In this document: positions 40,503 through 51,662 of the stretch, piece by piece
How the letters are laid out: the number at the start of each line of letters is the position of its first letter
Numbering within the stretch: the stretch's first letter is position 1
Notes under the pieces: generated by a model
What the model saw: the letters and a program-made list of their open reading frames with translations, nothing else
Told to the model about the DNA's origin: nothing
The model's database searches: none
Translations under genes and position numbers: made by a program
Source of the DNA: Calditrichia bacterium
GTDB lineage: Bacteria > Calditrichota > Calditrichia > JAJRVZ01
Assembly: GCA_963796965.1 (NCBI GenBank)
Contig: CAWCNS010000005.1
Span: forward strand, 224,001 to 288,000
Direction of reading: 5' to 3'
Length of the DNA: 64,000 bases

Positions 40503-42827
40503 TTAACTTTGCATTCTGCTTATAACTCGCTCTGTTTGATTAGTACCTGCTATTAGAAGTACCAACATTGAACCAGCTTTAATAATTATAAAAATAAGAA
40601 TGGTATCTACCATCCCAAGTAGTGGTATCATATATAAACTGACGATCATTCCAGCAAACCAGGCACCCAACAAATCGAGACTGTAAGTGATTCCGGCAGC
40701 CAGGGTTGTATTATGGCTTTTTTGATGAAACATCCTCCCAGCCAGGGGAAATTGTGATCCCATTGTGAATCCACATAATCCCGTCATGAACAATATAAAA
40801 GCGGGTATAAATTTAATTGCCATCATATTCGTATCTGTCTGATTAAAGGTGACGATGGTTGCCAGCAATAAAAGAAAGTATCCAATGAGACTTATTTCAG
40901 TAGCCAGCATGAGTATATGTTGATTATCTTTTTTTATCCACCATCTCGTTGAAATTATTCCACCAATTGCCGATCCAAACATAAAACTACCAACAATCAT
41001 ACCAATCCAAAAGTATACATATCCAAATAATGCCTGAAATGACAAAATCATGATCAAGGTTAGCCCCATACCGGTAAAACCTGAGCTCGTAATTACAGTT
41101 CCCGTAGCAATTAGTTTCTTTTCAAAGCGACTTTGGGGTAATAGAATGAGTGTGAACAACAACAGGCTTATTATAACAATGAGGTGGAAAAATTTTAATT
41201 TTTCAAACCACAAATATATCCGTGCAAAACCTGGTGATAATCTGGTGTTCCAATAGAGAAGATCATAATAAACCGCTCTGGGATTAAAATCCAAATTCTG
41301 AGTCGTTGAGATCATTTGATTCTTCTCTTGTGTAAACCACTCAGTCCGCCTTGGATCAAAGAGATGAAGTAAATATCGGTCGGATAAAGAATGGGTGGCA
41401 ATATTTCTCTTTTTCATACGTGTTGAGAGTGTGTCCTGATTGATATCTAATAAACGAAGATCGGCAGAAGCTAATACCATCATTGTCTCAAATGGAAAAA
41501 TTCGTGAGTATTGAAAGACAGAGTCAACAGATGCTAAAAGACACGTATTCAATCGCATTAGATAGGCATTAATATATGATGCCCCTCCCGGTAAATTAAA
41601 AAATAAAACACCAGAAGACGTCAGGCGGTCTTTACAGAGGGCAAAAAATTCTCTGGTATAAAATCTGTTTATTTCCAGAGTGGATGGGTCGGGTAAATTC
41701 AGGATAATTACATCATACCGTTGACTGTTGGAAACAAGAAATTGACGTCCGTCTACTTCGTGAAGATGAATCCGTGGATCACTTAAATAATCAAAACCAA
41801 AATCCGGAATATTTCTTAGAATAATGTCAGATAGCACTGGATCTAGTTCTGCATAATCAATATTTATTAAGGGATGTTTTATCATCTCCTTTAGCACACC
41901 ATTAAGACCTCCCCCTACTAATAGTGCTGAATTCGGTTCCGGGTGAAATAGAAGTGGAAGGTGGGCCGTATTCTCTATATCTGAAATATTAGAACCAGGA
42001 AAAGAAAGTAAGGGTACGCCATTTGAAAGTAATTCGAATTGTTCATCTCTCTTAAGAAGTAAAGAATTACCATAAATTGAATTTTGTGATGCAACAACCT
42101 GGTAGCCAGGCCATTGAAGCGCTCTTGATTTAATATTAATCGAAGTAGGAAGGCCTATTTGATAAAATATTGCTAAGACAAAAAGAAGCAGTAAATGAAG
42201 GATCCTGAGATATTTGGAAAAAGAACTATAAGGATCATCATCTTTTTTGAGTAAGAGAAAGCCAGAAATAGAGTTCAGTATCGAGAGCAGAAATACAGAT
42301 TGAAAAATATTGAGGTGTGTTAAACAATAATAAGTGACAACTACACCGCCAACTAAACTGCCGAAGGCTTCAAAAATATAAACAGTACCTATTGTACTAT
42401 ATGTATCCTTATTATAGGTAGATAATAACCGACAGCCCAAACTAAATTGAGCACCATTAATTAATGCAATAGGAATCAGAAGTATCATTGAGGCGACAAA
42501 TAACAGGGGAATCGGGATCGCTTCACCGATGCTTGTTGATAAGTTTAATTTGAAAATGCGTGTACAATAAATGATAAGAGGCAAGCAAACTGCAAGAAGT
42601 AATTGGAGGGTAGCGAAAGCGAAAGCAGGCAGACGAATCTTTTTAGTAAAACGTCCCCCTAAATAACTACCGATTGCTTCCAATAGAAGCCAATTTGATA
42701 GAAAAACTCCAATGCTCAGTTCATTTCCAGAAAATGTAACCAGAAACTCGCGGATAATCAGAACCTGAGATAGGATAGCATAAAAACCTGTCAGGATCAG
42801 TGCGAATAGTATTCGGGTAGGGGGCAT
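40503..42827 (-). CDS. Membrane-fused spermidine synthase-like protein (TM domain - SAM-binding domain - TM domain)
   Basis: REFLVTFSGNELSIG, AHLPLLFHPEP, LVGGG, YAELDP, VDGRQF, YDVIILNLPDP, NRFYTREFF. Confidence 0.85.
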   Translation of the reverse strand: MPPTRILFALILTGFYAILSQVLIIREFLVTFSGNELSIGVFLSNWLLLEAIGSYLGGRFTKKIRLPAFAFATLQLLLAVCLPLIIYCTRIFKLNLSTSIGEAIPIPLLFVASMILLIPIALINGAQFSLGCRLLSTYNKDTYSTIGTVYIFEAFGSLVGGVVVTYYCLTHLNIFQSVFLLSILNSISGFLLLKKDDDPYSSFSKYLRILHLLLLFVLAIFYQIGLPTSINIKSRALQWPGYQVVASQNSIYGNSLLLKRDEQFELLSNGVPLLSFPGSNISDIENTAHLPLLFHPEPNSALLVGGGLNGVLKEMIKHPLINIDYAELDPVLSDIILRNIPDFGFDYLSDPRIHLHEVDGRQFLVSNSQRYDVIILNLPDPSTLEINRFYTREFFALCKDRLTSSGVLFFNLPGGASYINAYLMRLNTCLLASVDSVFQYSRIFPFETMMVLASADLRLLDINQDTLSTRMKKRNIATHSLSDRYLLHLFDPRRTEWFTQEKNQMISTTQNLDFNPRAVYYDLLYWNTRLSPGFARIYLWFEKLKFFHLIVIISLLLFTLILLPQSRFEKKLIATGTVITSSGFTGMGLTLIMILSFQALFGYVYFWIGMIVGSFMFGSAIGGIISTRWWIKKDNQHILMLATEISLIGYFLLLLATIVTFNQTDTNMMAIKFIPAFILFMTGLCGFTMGSQFPLAGRMFHQKSHNTTLAAGITYSLDLLGAWFAGMIVSLYMIPLLGMVDTILIFIIIKAGSMLVLLIAGTNQTERVISRMQS

Positions 42828-42833
42828 AGAAAT

Positions 42834-43316
42834 TTATCGGCGCCAGGTTACTTCAATATATTCTTCTCCGTCAAGATAATTAAAGTCAAAATTACCTTTA
42901 TAAGCGCGAGAGAGGGCTTCGCCTATTCGCCGGGCAATATGAATGCCGGTTGTCGTTAGAATCGTTTCATTCTTATTAGATTTTATAGTCATTATTCTTT
43001 CCAATGGGTGCTCGTTTTTCTCCTGATTTTCAATATTTTGAATTAAATTTGATATTTCATCCTGGTGATCATAATAAAATTCACCGCTTAATTTTATTCT
43101 TCCGGCAGGATAGTTATCAGCGCTTCGTTTGCATGCCGGGCAAAGAATTTTATGAGCATTTGCCGGGATATCTTTCCATACCCAGCGTCCATTTGAAAAT
43201 ACGAGGCCGCATTTTTCGCATGATGTTGGTTCTGGTAATTTAGACAATTTTAAATAAGTGTCATGTCTCTTCTGTTTAATTAGGCGATCTTTTCTCCCAT
43301 AGGATATTTTATTCAT
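42834..43316 (-). CDS. BCAM0308-family protein
   Basis: HDTY..KLPEPTSCEKCG..GRWVW..CPACKR..EHPLERIM..TTTGIHIARRIGEAL. Confidence 0.85.
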   Translation of the reverse strand: MNKISYGRKDRLIKQKRHDTYLKLSKLPEPTSCEKCGLVFSNGRWVWKDIPANAHKILCPACKRSADNYPAGRIKLSGEFYYDHQDEISNLIQNIENQEKNEHPLERIMTIKSNKNETILTTTGIHIARRIGEALSRAYKGNFDFNYLDGEEYIEVTWRR

Positions 43317-43459
43317 AGATTAGTTCCCCTTTTCTATGTGTAATAGATGTTATCTCCTGATAGATTTGAAAATCTTGATTTAAAGATCATTGATATTAAT
43401 GATAGTTATCTCCTTTTTTAATACCAAGCGGATGTGGATAATTTTTCGATTACCTGATC

Positions 43460-43756
43460 TTACCCCGGTTCATGAATATAGGGATGCCCAAGTTCCCGAA
43501 ATGAAAAATGGTAGAATACATTATGTCCGTTATAATCGAGTACACGCAAATCATCTGTTTGCTGAACATCATTCATAATTGCTTGAAAATGGGTCCCATA
43601 TATATCCCTAACAAGATTGATAGGTAAATCGTAGGCGAGAAATTTTTTTATCCCTTTGGACCGGAGTTTATCTAAAAAGTTTGGATCTTCTAGAGATTGG
43701 TAGGTAGTTAGAATTAAAAGTGGACCTGAGCCGGTAAATATTACAACTGCCTTCAT
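43460..43756 (-). CDS. Hypothetical cytosolic protein
   Basis: RBS AGGAGG; protein-like 98-aa ORF (IFTGSGPLLILT, KGIKKFLAY, LRVLDYNG). Confidence 0.75.
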   Translation of the reverse strand: MKAVVIFTGSGPLLILTTYQSLEDPNFLDKLRSKGIKKFLAYDLPINLVRDIYGTHFQAIMNDVQQTDDLRVLDYNGHNVFYHFSFRELGHPYIHEPG

Positions 43757-43976
43757 CGGATGATCCTCCTTGGAAATTAATTTAGGATAGTAATTACGAA
43801 TTCATTATTCTGCAAGAATGTAAATGACCTTAGAAGCATCTCATCCCTCAAAAAGGATGTCTTTAACGGTTATTAGAAGCAAACTGAGAAGTAAATAAAA
43901 TTATAGTAGGTGTTTTAAACAATCGTCTTATCACATTATCATTTCTGAATAAAATATAAGAAGTATTATTTGTAAA

Positions 43977-45552
43977 TCAAGTAGATTTAGATATGATTCT
44001 ACTCATTGCCCTTTCGCTAAGTGCTGTAATTGTTAATGCCGGATTTACACCAGGGTTTGCTGAAATCATTGAGGCATCACAGATATACATGTTTTTATAT
44101 CCAAATACTCTGTTATCCCTATCGATTACCCCCTCATCCTCATTTTCGCCCATCACTGCACCACCTAGAATATGGGCCGTGAGTGGAATACCAAATAATG
44201 ATTCTGTCAGAAGCATTGATGTTTTTCCATCAACAATCCCTGCATATTCTTCAGCTGAATTCTTTTGCCTCTGATATAAAGGTTGGAGGATTCTCTCCTT
44301 GCTCAATCTTTGATTTTGTCCCAAATGATCCCTTGACAAAACGCAGGGTTGTGTTGATTGTTTGCATGAAAAGGAGGATCTGTGTTCGTTTGGCCCAATC
44401 GTCGACAAAAAAAACACGAAAGTTTTTTATGGGATGTTTAATCCAATCCCATAGAATAAGGGCAACGCGGGTAAAAATATTTCTACCATAAGTCATAGGC
44501 GCAAGAAGAAGACGCCAGGCTCCCGAGCCAGCAGGATACCGTACAGGTTCCAAATGGCTGAACTTATCGGTATGCAGAATAGAGCCAATAGCAATACCAT
44601 CAGAAAATACTGTGTCGTGATTATATACTGTAATTCCACTAAGACTCTCCGAATTTGTCCTTATATGGCAACCGACCTTCCTGGAGAGATTAGGCAGAGA
44701 CTTCTCTCTCAGTTTAAGTAATAGAGGCACAGTTCCTAATACACCACCCGCAAAAACGATTCCTTTACAGGTATACGTTCCCTTCCCTTTTAGGAATGAG
44801 AGAGAGTTCCGCCAGAATATCTTATATCCCTGTGATCCATCCTCTGGACCTCGTGTTTGTACATCATACACTTTTGACTCTGCCTGAATTTTTGCCCCTC
44901 TTTTTTGGGCAAGGTATAGATAATTTTTATCGAGGGTGTTTTTTGCATTATGGCGACAACCAACCATACATCCTCCACAAAAATTGCAGCCTGTCCGTTT
45001 GGGACCTTCGCCACCAAAATAGGGGTCGGGTACAGTCTCATCTGATTTGCCGAAAAAAACAGCAACCTCAGTAGGTTGGAATTGGTCCTCTCTGTTTAAT
45101 TTTTTTGATAATTCCTGCAATGCCAGATCCCCTACTTGCAGGCTGGGATTTTTTGTAGCGCCTAACATAGTGAGTGCTGTTTGGTAATGCTCTTTCAATT
45201 CCTCTTCCCAGTCAGCAAGCTGCGACCAGGTATCTGCTTTAAAATATTCACGTCGCGGAACCGGGAGTGTATTGGCATATACGAGTGAGCCACCGCCTAC
45301 ACCTACACCAGATAATATTGATATATGACGGAAATAAGTGATCTTAAAAAAACCAAAGAATCTGAGGATAGGCACCCATAACCATCGCTTTAAATTCCAA
45401 TTTGATTTAGGAAAGTCATTTGAAGAGAACCATTTGCCTTTTTCAATCACCAACACACGGTACCCTTTTTCGGATAAGCGTAGAGCAGCCACTGATCCTC
45501 CGAAACCTGACCCTATCACAACATAATCATAATCATAATTTTGTTCCATCAT
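43977..45552 (-). CDS. GMC-family FAD oxidoreductase, cholesterol-oxidase-like (+1 frame break near 44257)
   Basis: IGSGFGGSVAALRL, GVGGGSLVYANT, CNFCGGCMVGC. The C-terminal TAHILGGA..DASMISANPGVNPALTITALSER is reached by removing one C. Confidence 0.9.
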
Positions 45553-45831
45553 AACCCCTAACGTCACAATAAAAACACCAGAATTGTATCATAAAATTAT
45601 CACCCAAAGTCTATATTGTTTAGCATAGTATCAATTGGAATATCGGAATAAAGTAAAAAGTAAAAAGGAAAAAGTAAAAGACATCTTTAATTTGAAACGA
45701 AAAAAAATTGCAATCTTTTAATAATCTATATCTCGAATATGATAATATTAATAATACCCTTGCTTTCGATTTAGTCAAAATTTAAATTACCTTCTTGTAT
45801 TTAGAATAAAATTGTGAATGGATTATCAATT

Positions 45832-46596
45832 ATGGGAAGAATTATTGCTATTGCCAATCAAAAAGGTGGGGTAGGAAAAACCACCACGGCAATAAATTTA
45901 TCCAGCTGTCTGGCTATAGCTGAGAAGCGTGTCTTACTCATTGATATAGATCCTCAGGCAAATGCTTCAAGTGGATTAGGAATGTCTTTGAAAGAAGATG
46001 AGCCAAGTACCTACGAGTTGTTGCTGGGAGAGATGCAGATCGATGATGTTATTACAGAAACAAATGTACCATTTCTGGATATCGTCCCATCTCATATTAG
46101 ATTGGTGGGTTCAGAGGTTGAATTAATAAATTCCGAAAACCGTGAAAACCGGTTGAAAGAAAAACTTAAAGAAATCAGTAATAATTACGAGTATGTATTT
46201 ATTGATTGTCCACCTTCTCTGGGATTGTTAACCATTAATGCCCTCACAGCGGCTGATACAGTATTAATGCCCATTCAATGCGAATACTACGCTTTAGAGG
46301 GACTTAGCCAGTTATTGAACACGATTCATCTTGTTCAGAGAAACCTGAATAAGTCTCTTGCTATTGAAGGGGTTCTTTTAACCATGTACGATAATCGCCT
46401 GAACCTCTCACAACAAGTTGCTGCGGAAGTCAGGGATTATTTCAAAGAAAAAGTTTACAAGACTATTATCAGGCGTAATGTTCGGCTTGGTGAGGCACCA
46501 AGTTTTGGCAAGCCGATTGTTATGTATGATGCTGTTAGCAGCGGCACTCAAAACTATATTAGTCTCGCAGAGGAAATTATAAATAATGAAAACTAA
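45832..46596 (+). CDS. parA: Chromosome partitioning ATPase ParA/Soj
   Basis: NQKGGVGKTTT, DIDPQANAS, IDCPPSLG, QCEYYALEG, RNVRLGEAPSFG. Confidence 0.96.
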   Translation: MGRIIAIANQKGGVGKTTTAINLSSCLAIAEKRVLLIDIDPQANASSGLGMSLKEDEPSTYELLLGEMQIDDVITETNVPFLDIVPSHIRLVGSEVELINSENRENRLKEKLKEISNNYEYVFIDCPPSLGLLTINALTAADTVLMPIQCEYYALEGLSQLLNTIHLVQRNLNKSLAIEGVLLTMYDNRLNLSQQVAAEVRDYFKEKVYKTIIRRNVRLGEAPSFGKPIVMYDAVSSGTQNYISLAEEIINNEN

Positions 46597-47455
46597 AAGA
46601 CTGGGGAAAGGCCTCGGGGCATTAATACCCGACCAGGCACCTGAAAGCACACCCGTGGCCACTAATAGTGATAATCTGATTCAGGTTAAAGTGACTGATG
46701 TAAGACCAAATCCTTATCAGCCCCGGGTTAAGTTTGAGGAAAAAGCATTAACCGAATTAAAAGATTCCATTAAAGAAAAAGGCTTAATTCAACCAATAAC
46801 GATCAGACGTAAAAATTCACATTTTGAACTAATTGCCGGAGAACGACGGTTACGTGCAGCCATAGAGGTTGGATTCGAAAAAATACCAGCTTATATAATG
46901 AAGGTTGAGAGCAAAGAGGAAATGCTTGAGCTGGCGATTATAGAAAATGTTCAACGTGAACGTCTTGACCCTATTGAGCAAGCCAGCGCCTATCAGCGCT
47001 TAATTGATGAATGTAACCTTACACAAGATGAGGTTGCTCAGAAGATTGGAAAAGAAAGGTCTACAATTACAAATATGCTCAGGCTTCTGCGTCTTCCCGG
47101 ATCCATACAAGAAAGTGTCGCAAAAGGAGAGATTTCTGTAGGACATGCCCGAACGCTCTTATCTCTTGATTCAAAAGAGAGTCAAATACAATTGTGGAAG
47201 AAATTACTTAAAAATGAGTACTCGGTCAGAAAACTCGAAAAAATTGTAAAAGAACTGGATGCGATTAAGCAGATGAAATCTATATCATCAAAAAGAAAAT
47301 CTGTGCATGTAGTTAAAATAGAAGAAAAATTACGAAATTTACTGGGAACCAAGGTGTCGGTCAGATCAAAAAATGAGGGAGGTTCAATCGAAATAGAATT
47401 CTATTCTCCTGAAGATTTGAGCCGGTTGATAGAGATCTTTGACCATATTGAGTAA
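46586..47455 (+). CDS. parB: Chromosome partitioning protein ParB/Spo0J
   Basis: LGKGLGALI, PNPYQPR, IAGERRLRA, ENVQRE, HTH TQDEVAQKIGKERSTITN. Confidence 0.96.
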   Translation: MKTKRLGKGLGALIPDQAPESTPVATNSDNLIQVKVTDVRPNPYQPRVKFEEKALTELKDSIKEKGLIQPITIRRKNSHFELIAGERRLRAAIEVGFEKIPAYIMKVESKEEMLELAIIENVQRERLDPIEQASAYQRLIDECNLTQDEVAQKIGKERSTITNMLRLLRLPGSIQESVAKGEISVGHARTLLSLDSKESQIQLWKKLLKNEYSVRKLEKIVKELDAIKQMKSISSKRKSVHVVKIEEKLRNLLGTKVSVRSKNEGGSIEIEFYSPEDLSRLIEIFDHIE

Positions 47456-47537
47456 TTCCAAAGGTGATTATTTTTTGCATTATTTTTGGCGAAAACCTAA
47501 ATTTAAATGCTTTATTTATTAATAGTTAAGGCTAATC

Positions 47538-48341
47538 TTGAAAAATAGAAAAAGAAAAACCAAGTATTATACATTCCTTTTAATTCCCGATAATGAGAAG
47601 GCGACAAAAAGTCTGAAATTGGGGATATCGGTTATACGTGTTTTGGTAATTCTTCTCATAATTACACTTATACTTGTTGCCACCGGTGCTGCAACTTATT
47701 GGAAAGTTGCGGAAGTTGCACTTGACTATAATCGATTATCTGAAGAAAATATGCAATTAAAGAAGAGTCTTGCTAAGGTTGCGGACTTACAGGCCGATAT
47801 TGATAAATTGAAGCAGGTTGATCAGAAACTGCGATCATCACTTTCTGGTTATGTTACGATGGTCGATGTAGAAGGTACCGATCCTGATAACATATTTGCA
47901 ACGGGTATTGAAAGTATAGGCGGTTTGAAACATGATCGATCAATATTCACCAGTATTCCGGCAGAAATTCCCTTAAAGGGTTTTACCACAAGGGGATTTG
48001 AAACCGGGGCTATTCTTAGCAATGCCCATATTGGAATAGATATTGCGGCTGAGATGGGATCTCCAATTAAGGCCACTGCAGATGGTATGGTTATATTTGC
48101 TGGATGGACTTTTCATGACGGATACATGGTCATTCTTAAACATAAATTTAACTTTTTCTCGTTCTATAAACATAACCAACAGAATTTGTGTCAGGAACTT
48201 GAGCAAGTACAAAAAGGGCAGGTTATAGCTTTACTTGGTGATACCGGACAAATTACATCCGGTGCTCATCTTCATTTTGAGATCTGGCAAGGCTCCATGC
48301 CTCTGGATCCTATAACATTTTTACAAATGGGTGACATCTAA
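47538..48341 (+). CDS. M23-family peptidoglycan endopeptidase (TM + coiled coil + M23)
   Basis: HIGID (HxxxD), ATADGMV, YKH, GAHLHFEI. Confidence 0.92.
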   Translation: MKNRKRKTKYYTFLLIPDNEKATKSLKLGISVIRVLVILLIITLILVATGAATYWKVAEVALDYNRLSEENMQLKKSLAKVADLQADIDKLKQVDQKLRSSLSGYVTMVDVEGTDPDNIFATGIESIGGLKHDRSIFTSIPAEIPLKGFTTRGFETGAILSNAHIGIDIAAEMGSPIKATADGMVIFAGWTFHDGYMVILKHKFNFFSFYKHNQQNLCQELEQVQKGQVIALLGDTGQITSGAHLHFEIWQGSMPLDPITFLQMGDI

Positions 48342-48364
48342 AAAAATTTTGAAAGGACAAGACA

Positions 48365-48773
48365 TTGGCAATTAAAGATCATGCATCCGAATCCTCCTCG
48401 ACAGAATTAAACTTTTTTGGAAATGGTACTGTGGTTGAGGGTACAATCCGGACGACCAATAGTGTCCGCGTAGATGGGAAAATTAAAGGAAAATTGCAGT
48501 GTAAAAATACCCTTACTGTCGGTGTCAATGGTATCATTGAGGGTGAGGTTGAAGCTGAAAAATGCTATTATCGGCGGGAAGATAAATGGTAAAATAAAAG
48601 TAGCCGAGAAATTGGTCCTTGAGGCTAAATCTATACTGATTGGTGATCTTAAAGCCAGCAAGTTGCTCATCGATGAAGGTGCTGTGTTTGAAGGTACTTC
48701 TGATATGGGCAAAAAAGAGCCGGAAGAGCAGTCGAACAAACCTGCATCATTATTAGAAAAAACTTCTTCCTGA
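48365..48773 (+). CDS. Bactofilin (polymer-forming cytoskeletal protein; +1 frame break near 48558)
   Basis: GTVVEGTI..VRVDGKIKG..LTVGVNGIIEGEV joined to NAIIGGKINGKI..IGDLKASKLLIDEGAVFEG by removing one A from a homopolymer. Confidence 0.9.
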
Positions 48774-48780
48774 TTAATAC

Positions 48781-49032
48781 ATGGAATCAAAGGACTCTGA
48801 TCGTGTATCATCTATAAAAGGGGCGGCAGCATCCTTTCAGAAAGCGGCACCCTATATTAGTATATCCTATGTGTTAATTGCATCGATCGCATTATTGGGT
48901 GGTATTGGATGGTGGGTTGATAAATACTTTACCTCAAGCCCGCTCTTTTTCGTCCTCGGTGTTTTAGGTGGGCTGTTTCTTGGTCTGTATAATTTGTTTA
49001 AAGTAGTAAAAAAACTGGAAAATCAGGATTGA
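48781..49032 (+). CDS. AtpZ/AtpI-family protein
   Basis: Two TMs, GGIGWWVDKYF..PLFFVLGVLGG; heads the atp operon. Confidence 0.85.
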   Translation: MESKDSDRVSSIKGAAASFQKAAPYISISYVLIASIALLGGIGWWVDKYFTSSPLFFVLGVLGGLFLGLYNLFKVVKKLENQD

Positions 49033-49409
49033 TCGGTTCTTTTTTAAAGAGAATTACAGTTTCACTGATAATTGGATTTTTTTTTATATTTATTATTTCT
49101 AAATTTGTGTCTCTTGGCGATACTGTGTGGGGCGCATTGATAGCAGCAACGGTGTGTGCCCTCATCTATGTATTGAGTGGATATTTTTCTTTTTATTTTG
49201 CATTTACCCGGAGTCAACAATTATTTGTCCGGGTATTTATCTATAGTCTGGCGGCGAGGTTTATTCTTGCTTTGTTTTTGATTGTTGTTGTACTAAAGTT
49301 CACAAATGTGGACCAAGCGTATTTTTTAGTTTTATTCTTTGTCTGGTATTTTGTATTTCAAATTTTAGAAGTTTTAAGTCTGAAGAATTTATCAAGGAAG
49401 AAAGCATAA
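49029..49409 (+). CDS. atpI: ATP synthase protein I-like 4-TM protein
   Basis: Four TM helices; lies directly before atpB. Confidence 0.65.
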   Translation: MIGSFLKRITVSLIIGFFFIFIISKFVSLGDTVWGALIAATVCALIYVLSGYFSFYFAFTRSQQLFVRVFIYSLAARFILALFLIVVVLKFTNVDQAYFLVLFFVWYFVFQILEVLSLKNLSRKKA

Positions 49410-49412
49410 TTT

Positions 49413-50264
49413 ATGATGATTCTATCTGCCCTTACCTCTACACCTGCCGGTGGACATGAAGCGAAAGAAGAAAATGTCGGTGAATTTATCATTCATCATG
49501 TGCAAAACTCCACTGAGTGGAACATTTTTGGATATCATCTTCAATTGCCTCAATTCGAGCCGGTTACAATTTTAGGTATGCAAATAGATTTTTCAATTAC
49601 CAATCACGTAGTTATGATCTGGATTGCTGCACTTTTTCTTCTCTTATCATTCGGATTGTCCTTCAGAAAGAAGCCATTAGTTCCTAAGGGATTTGCCTCC
49701 TTGCTTGAAATGTTGGTCTTGTTCATAAGGGACGAAATTGCCATACCTAATTTGGGTGAGAAAGACGGAAGGAAATTTACACCTCTAATAGGGACATTTT
49801 TCTTTTTTGTGCTCACCTGTAATCTGATGGGTTTGATTCCACTCTTCACAACGCCCACAGGAAATATTAATATTACCGCTGCACTCGCTTTAATTACTTT
49901 GGGAGCAGGACAGGTCTTTGGAATTCAACGGAATGGATTAATTACTCATTTCAAATCCCTTGTTCCTTCCGGTGTGCCGGTGGCATTAGTTCCTTTAATG
50001 TTTGTTATAGAATTGATGGGATTGTTGGCCAAGCATTTTGCCCTGCTAATGCGATTATTTGCCAATATGGTCGCAGGACATATTGTTATCTTTGCCTTTT
50101 TAGCCCTGGTTTTTATTCTGAAGTCGGTATTTGTTGCGCCCTTTTCAATAGGATTTGCAATATTCGTTAATTTTCTGGAAATCCTGGTCGCCTTTATCCA
50201 GGCCTATGTTTTTACAATGTTATCAACTTTATTTATCGGAATGTCAGTGCATCCCGATCATTAA
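49413..50264 (+). CDS. atpB: F0F1 ATP synthase subunit a
   Basis: NLMGLIP, TGNINITAALA, MRLFANMVAGH, IQAYVFTMLS. Confidence 0.96.
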   Translation: MMILSALTSTPAGGHEAKEENVGEFIIHHVQNSTEWNIFGYHLQLPQFEPVTILGMQIDFSITNHVVMIWIAALFLLLSFGLSFRKKPLVPKGFASLLEMLVLFIRDEIAIPNLGEKDGRKFTPLIGTFFFFVLTCNLMGLIPLFTTPTGNINITAALALITLGAGQVFGIQRNGLITHFKSLVPSGVPVALVPLMFVIELMGLLAKHFALLMRLFANMVAGHIVIFAFLALVFILKSVFVAPFSIGFAIFVNFLEILVAFIQAYVFTMLSTLFIGMSVHPDH

Positions 50265-50323
50265 TAGATAGAAACAATACAAGTAGTTCATTTTAAATCA
50301 TAACCTTTAGGAGGATTTATTCA

Positions 50324-50557
50324 ATGTCTGATTTAGCAATGGCTTTTGCCTATCTGGCAGCTGGTATCGGAGCAGGAATTGTTACCCTTGGAGCAGGTCT
50401 GGGAATCGGTAAAATAGCGTCTGCCGCAATGGACGGGACTGCACGCCAGCCAGAAGCAACAAATGAAATCCGTACAACAATGATTATTGCTGCAGCATTA
50501 ATTGAAGGAGTTGCTTTGATTGGTGCAGTGGCTTGTCTTCTGCTTAGTTTTAAATAA
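50324..50557 (+). CDS. atpE: F0F1 ATP synthase subunit c (H+-type signature)
   Basis: GAGLGIG, ARQPE loop, ALIEGVAL; lacks the Q..ES[T] Na+ motif. Confidence 0.97.
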   Translation: MSDLAMAFAYLAAGIGAGIVTLGAGLGIGKIASAAMDGTARQPEATNEIRTTMIIAAALIEGVALIGAVACLLLSFK

Positions 50558-50580
50558 TCCAAACTGCAGGGAATTATTCT

Positions 50581-51075
50581 ATGTTAGATTTAGATCCTGG
50601 TGTAATGATCTGGGCGTGGATCACTTTTTTTGTCTTATTAATCATGCTCTATAAAATTGCCTGGAAACCAATTCTTTCTACTATTGATAAACGGGAAAAA
50701 ACGATTCAGGATTCTCTGGATCGGGCGGAAAAAGCAAAAGAAGAGGCAGAGGAAATGTTGGAAAAACATAATGCCTTGATGCGGACAGCTGAGGAAGACG
50801 CACAAAAATTGCTGAAGGAAAACCGTGAACTCGCCGAAAAATCCCGTCAGGAATTATTGGAAGAGACCAGACAAAGCGCTGAGAAGATGATCAGTAAAGC
50901 CAAATCGGAAATTGAGAAAGAAAAAAGCGATGCTTTAGTCACGCTGCGCAACGAAGTCGCTGACCTGGCTATTAATGCTACAAAAATAATAATTGGTGAG
51001 TCACTCGATGAGGGAAAACAAAAGACAATCGTGAGTGAATTCATGGAAAAAATGCCCAAATCCACCCAAAATTAG
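50581..51075 (+). CDS. atpF: F0F1 ATP synthase subunit b
   Basis: N-terminal TM, WKPIL..REKTI, long coiled coil. Confidence 0.95.
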   Translation: MLDLDPGVMIWAWITFFVLLIMLYKIAWKPILSTIDKREKTIQDSLDRAEKAKEEAEEMLEKHNALMRTAEEDAQKLLKENRELAEKSRQELLEETRQSAEKMISKAKSEIEKEKSDALVTLRNEVADLAINATKIIIGESLDEGKQKTIVSEFMEKMPKSTQN

Positions 51076-51088
51076 CCGGAGAAAAAGA

Positions 51089-51622
51089 TTGAGTCGTGTC
51101 GCCATTCGATACAGTAAAGCACTCTTTCAACTGGCCAGAGAAGAAAATCTGGTCATGGAGGTCCAGTCTGATCTGGAAGTGATTAAAGAAACCTGTATCT
51201 CAGATCCCGAATTTCATGAAATGTTAAATAGTCCTATAATCGAAGAATATGCAAAGGCAAATGTCCTGAAAAATCTCTTTGCAGACAAGGTTAATCAACT
51301 TACCTTTCGTTTTTTAGAGCTGTTGAGTAAAAAACGGCGAAGTGGTTTCTTGCTTGAAATGATTGAGCGGTTTATGGAGAGTGTCCTGGATTATCAGGGA
51401 ATTCTGGCCGGAACTCTTGTTGCCAGTAATGCATTAGATCCGGCTCAGGTGGACGAAATCAGGAAAAAGGTTGAGGTCTTAACCGGTAAAAAGGTTCTGC
51501 TCTCTGAACAAATTGATCCATCTATGATTGGTGGCTTTACAGTTAAAATTAAAGATACGGTTATCGATCTCTCTATAAAAACACAACTGGAAAAGCTACG
51601 CGCGCATCTTGTGCATGGGTAA
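51089..51622 (+). CDS. atpH: F0F1 ATP synthase subunit delta
   Basis: TTG start after GGAG; VAIRYSKALF..DPSMIGG..IDLSI. Confidence 0.93.
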   Translation: MSRVAIRYSKALFQLAREENLVMEVQSDLEVIKETCISDPEFHEMLNSPIIEEYAKANVLKNLFADKVNQLTFRFLELLSKKRRSGFLLEMIERFMESVLDYQGILAGTLVASNALDPAQVDEIRKKVEVLTGKKVLLSEQIDPSMIGGFTVKIKDTVIDLSIKTQLEKLRAHLVHG

Positions 51623-51662
51623 AGTATTGATACTGAAAATTTTTTAATAAAGGATAGAATAA

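Noticed and set aside
45568..47540. parS site or replication origin near parAB
   Set aside because: No TGTTTCACGTGAAACA-like palindrome or DnaA-box cluster recognised by eye.
50324..50557. Na+-translocating or N-type ATPase
   Set aside because: The c subunit lacks the Na+-binding signature, and the gene order is the standard BEFHAGDC with delta present.
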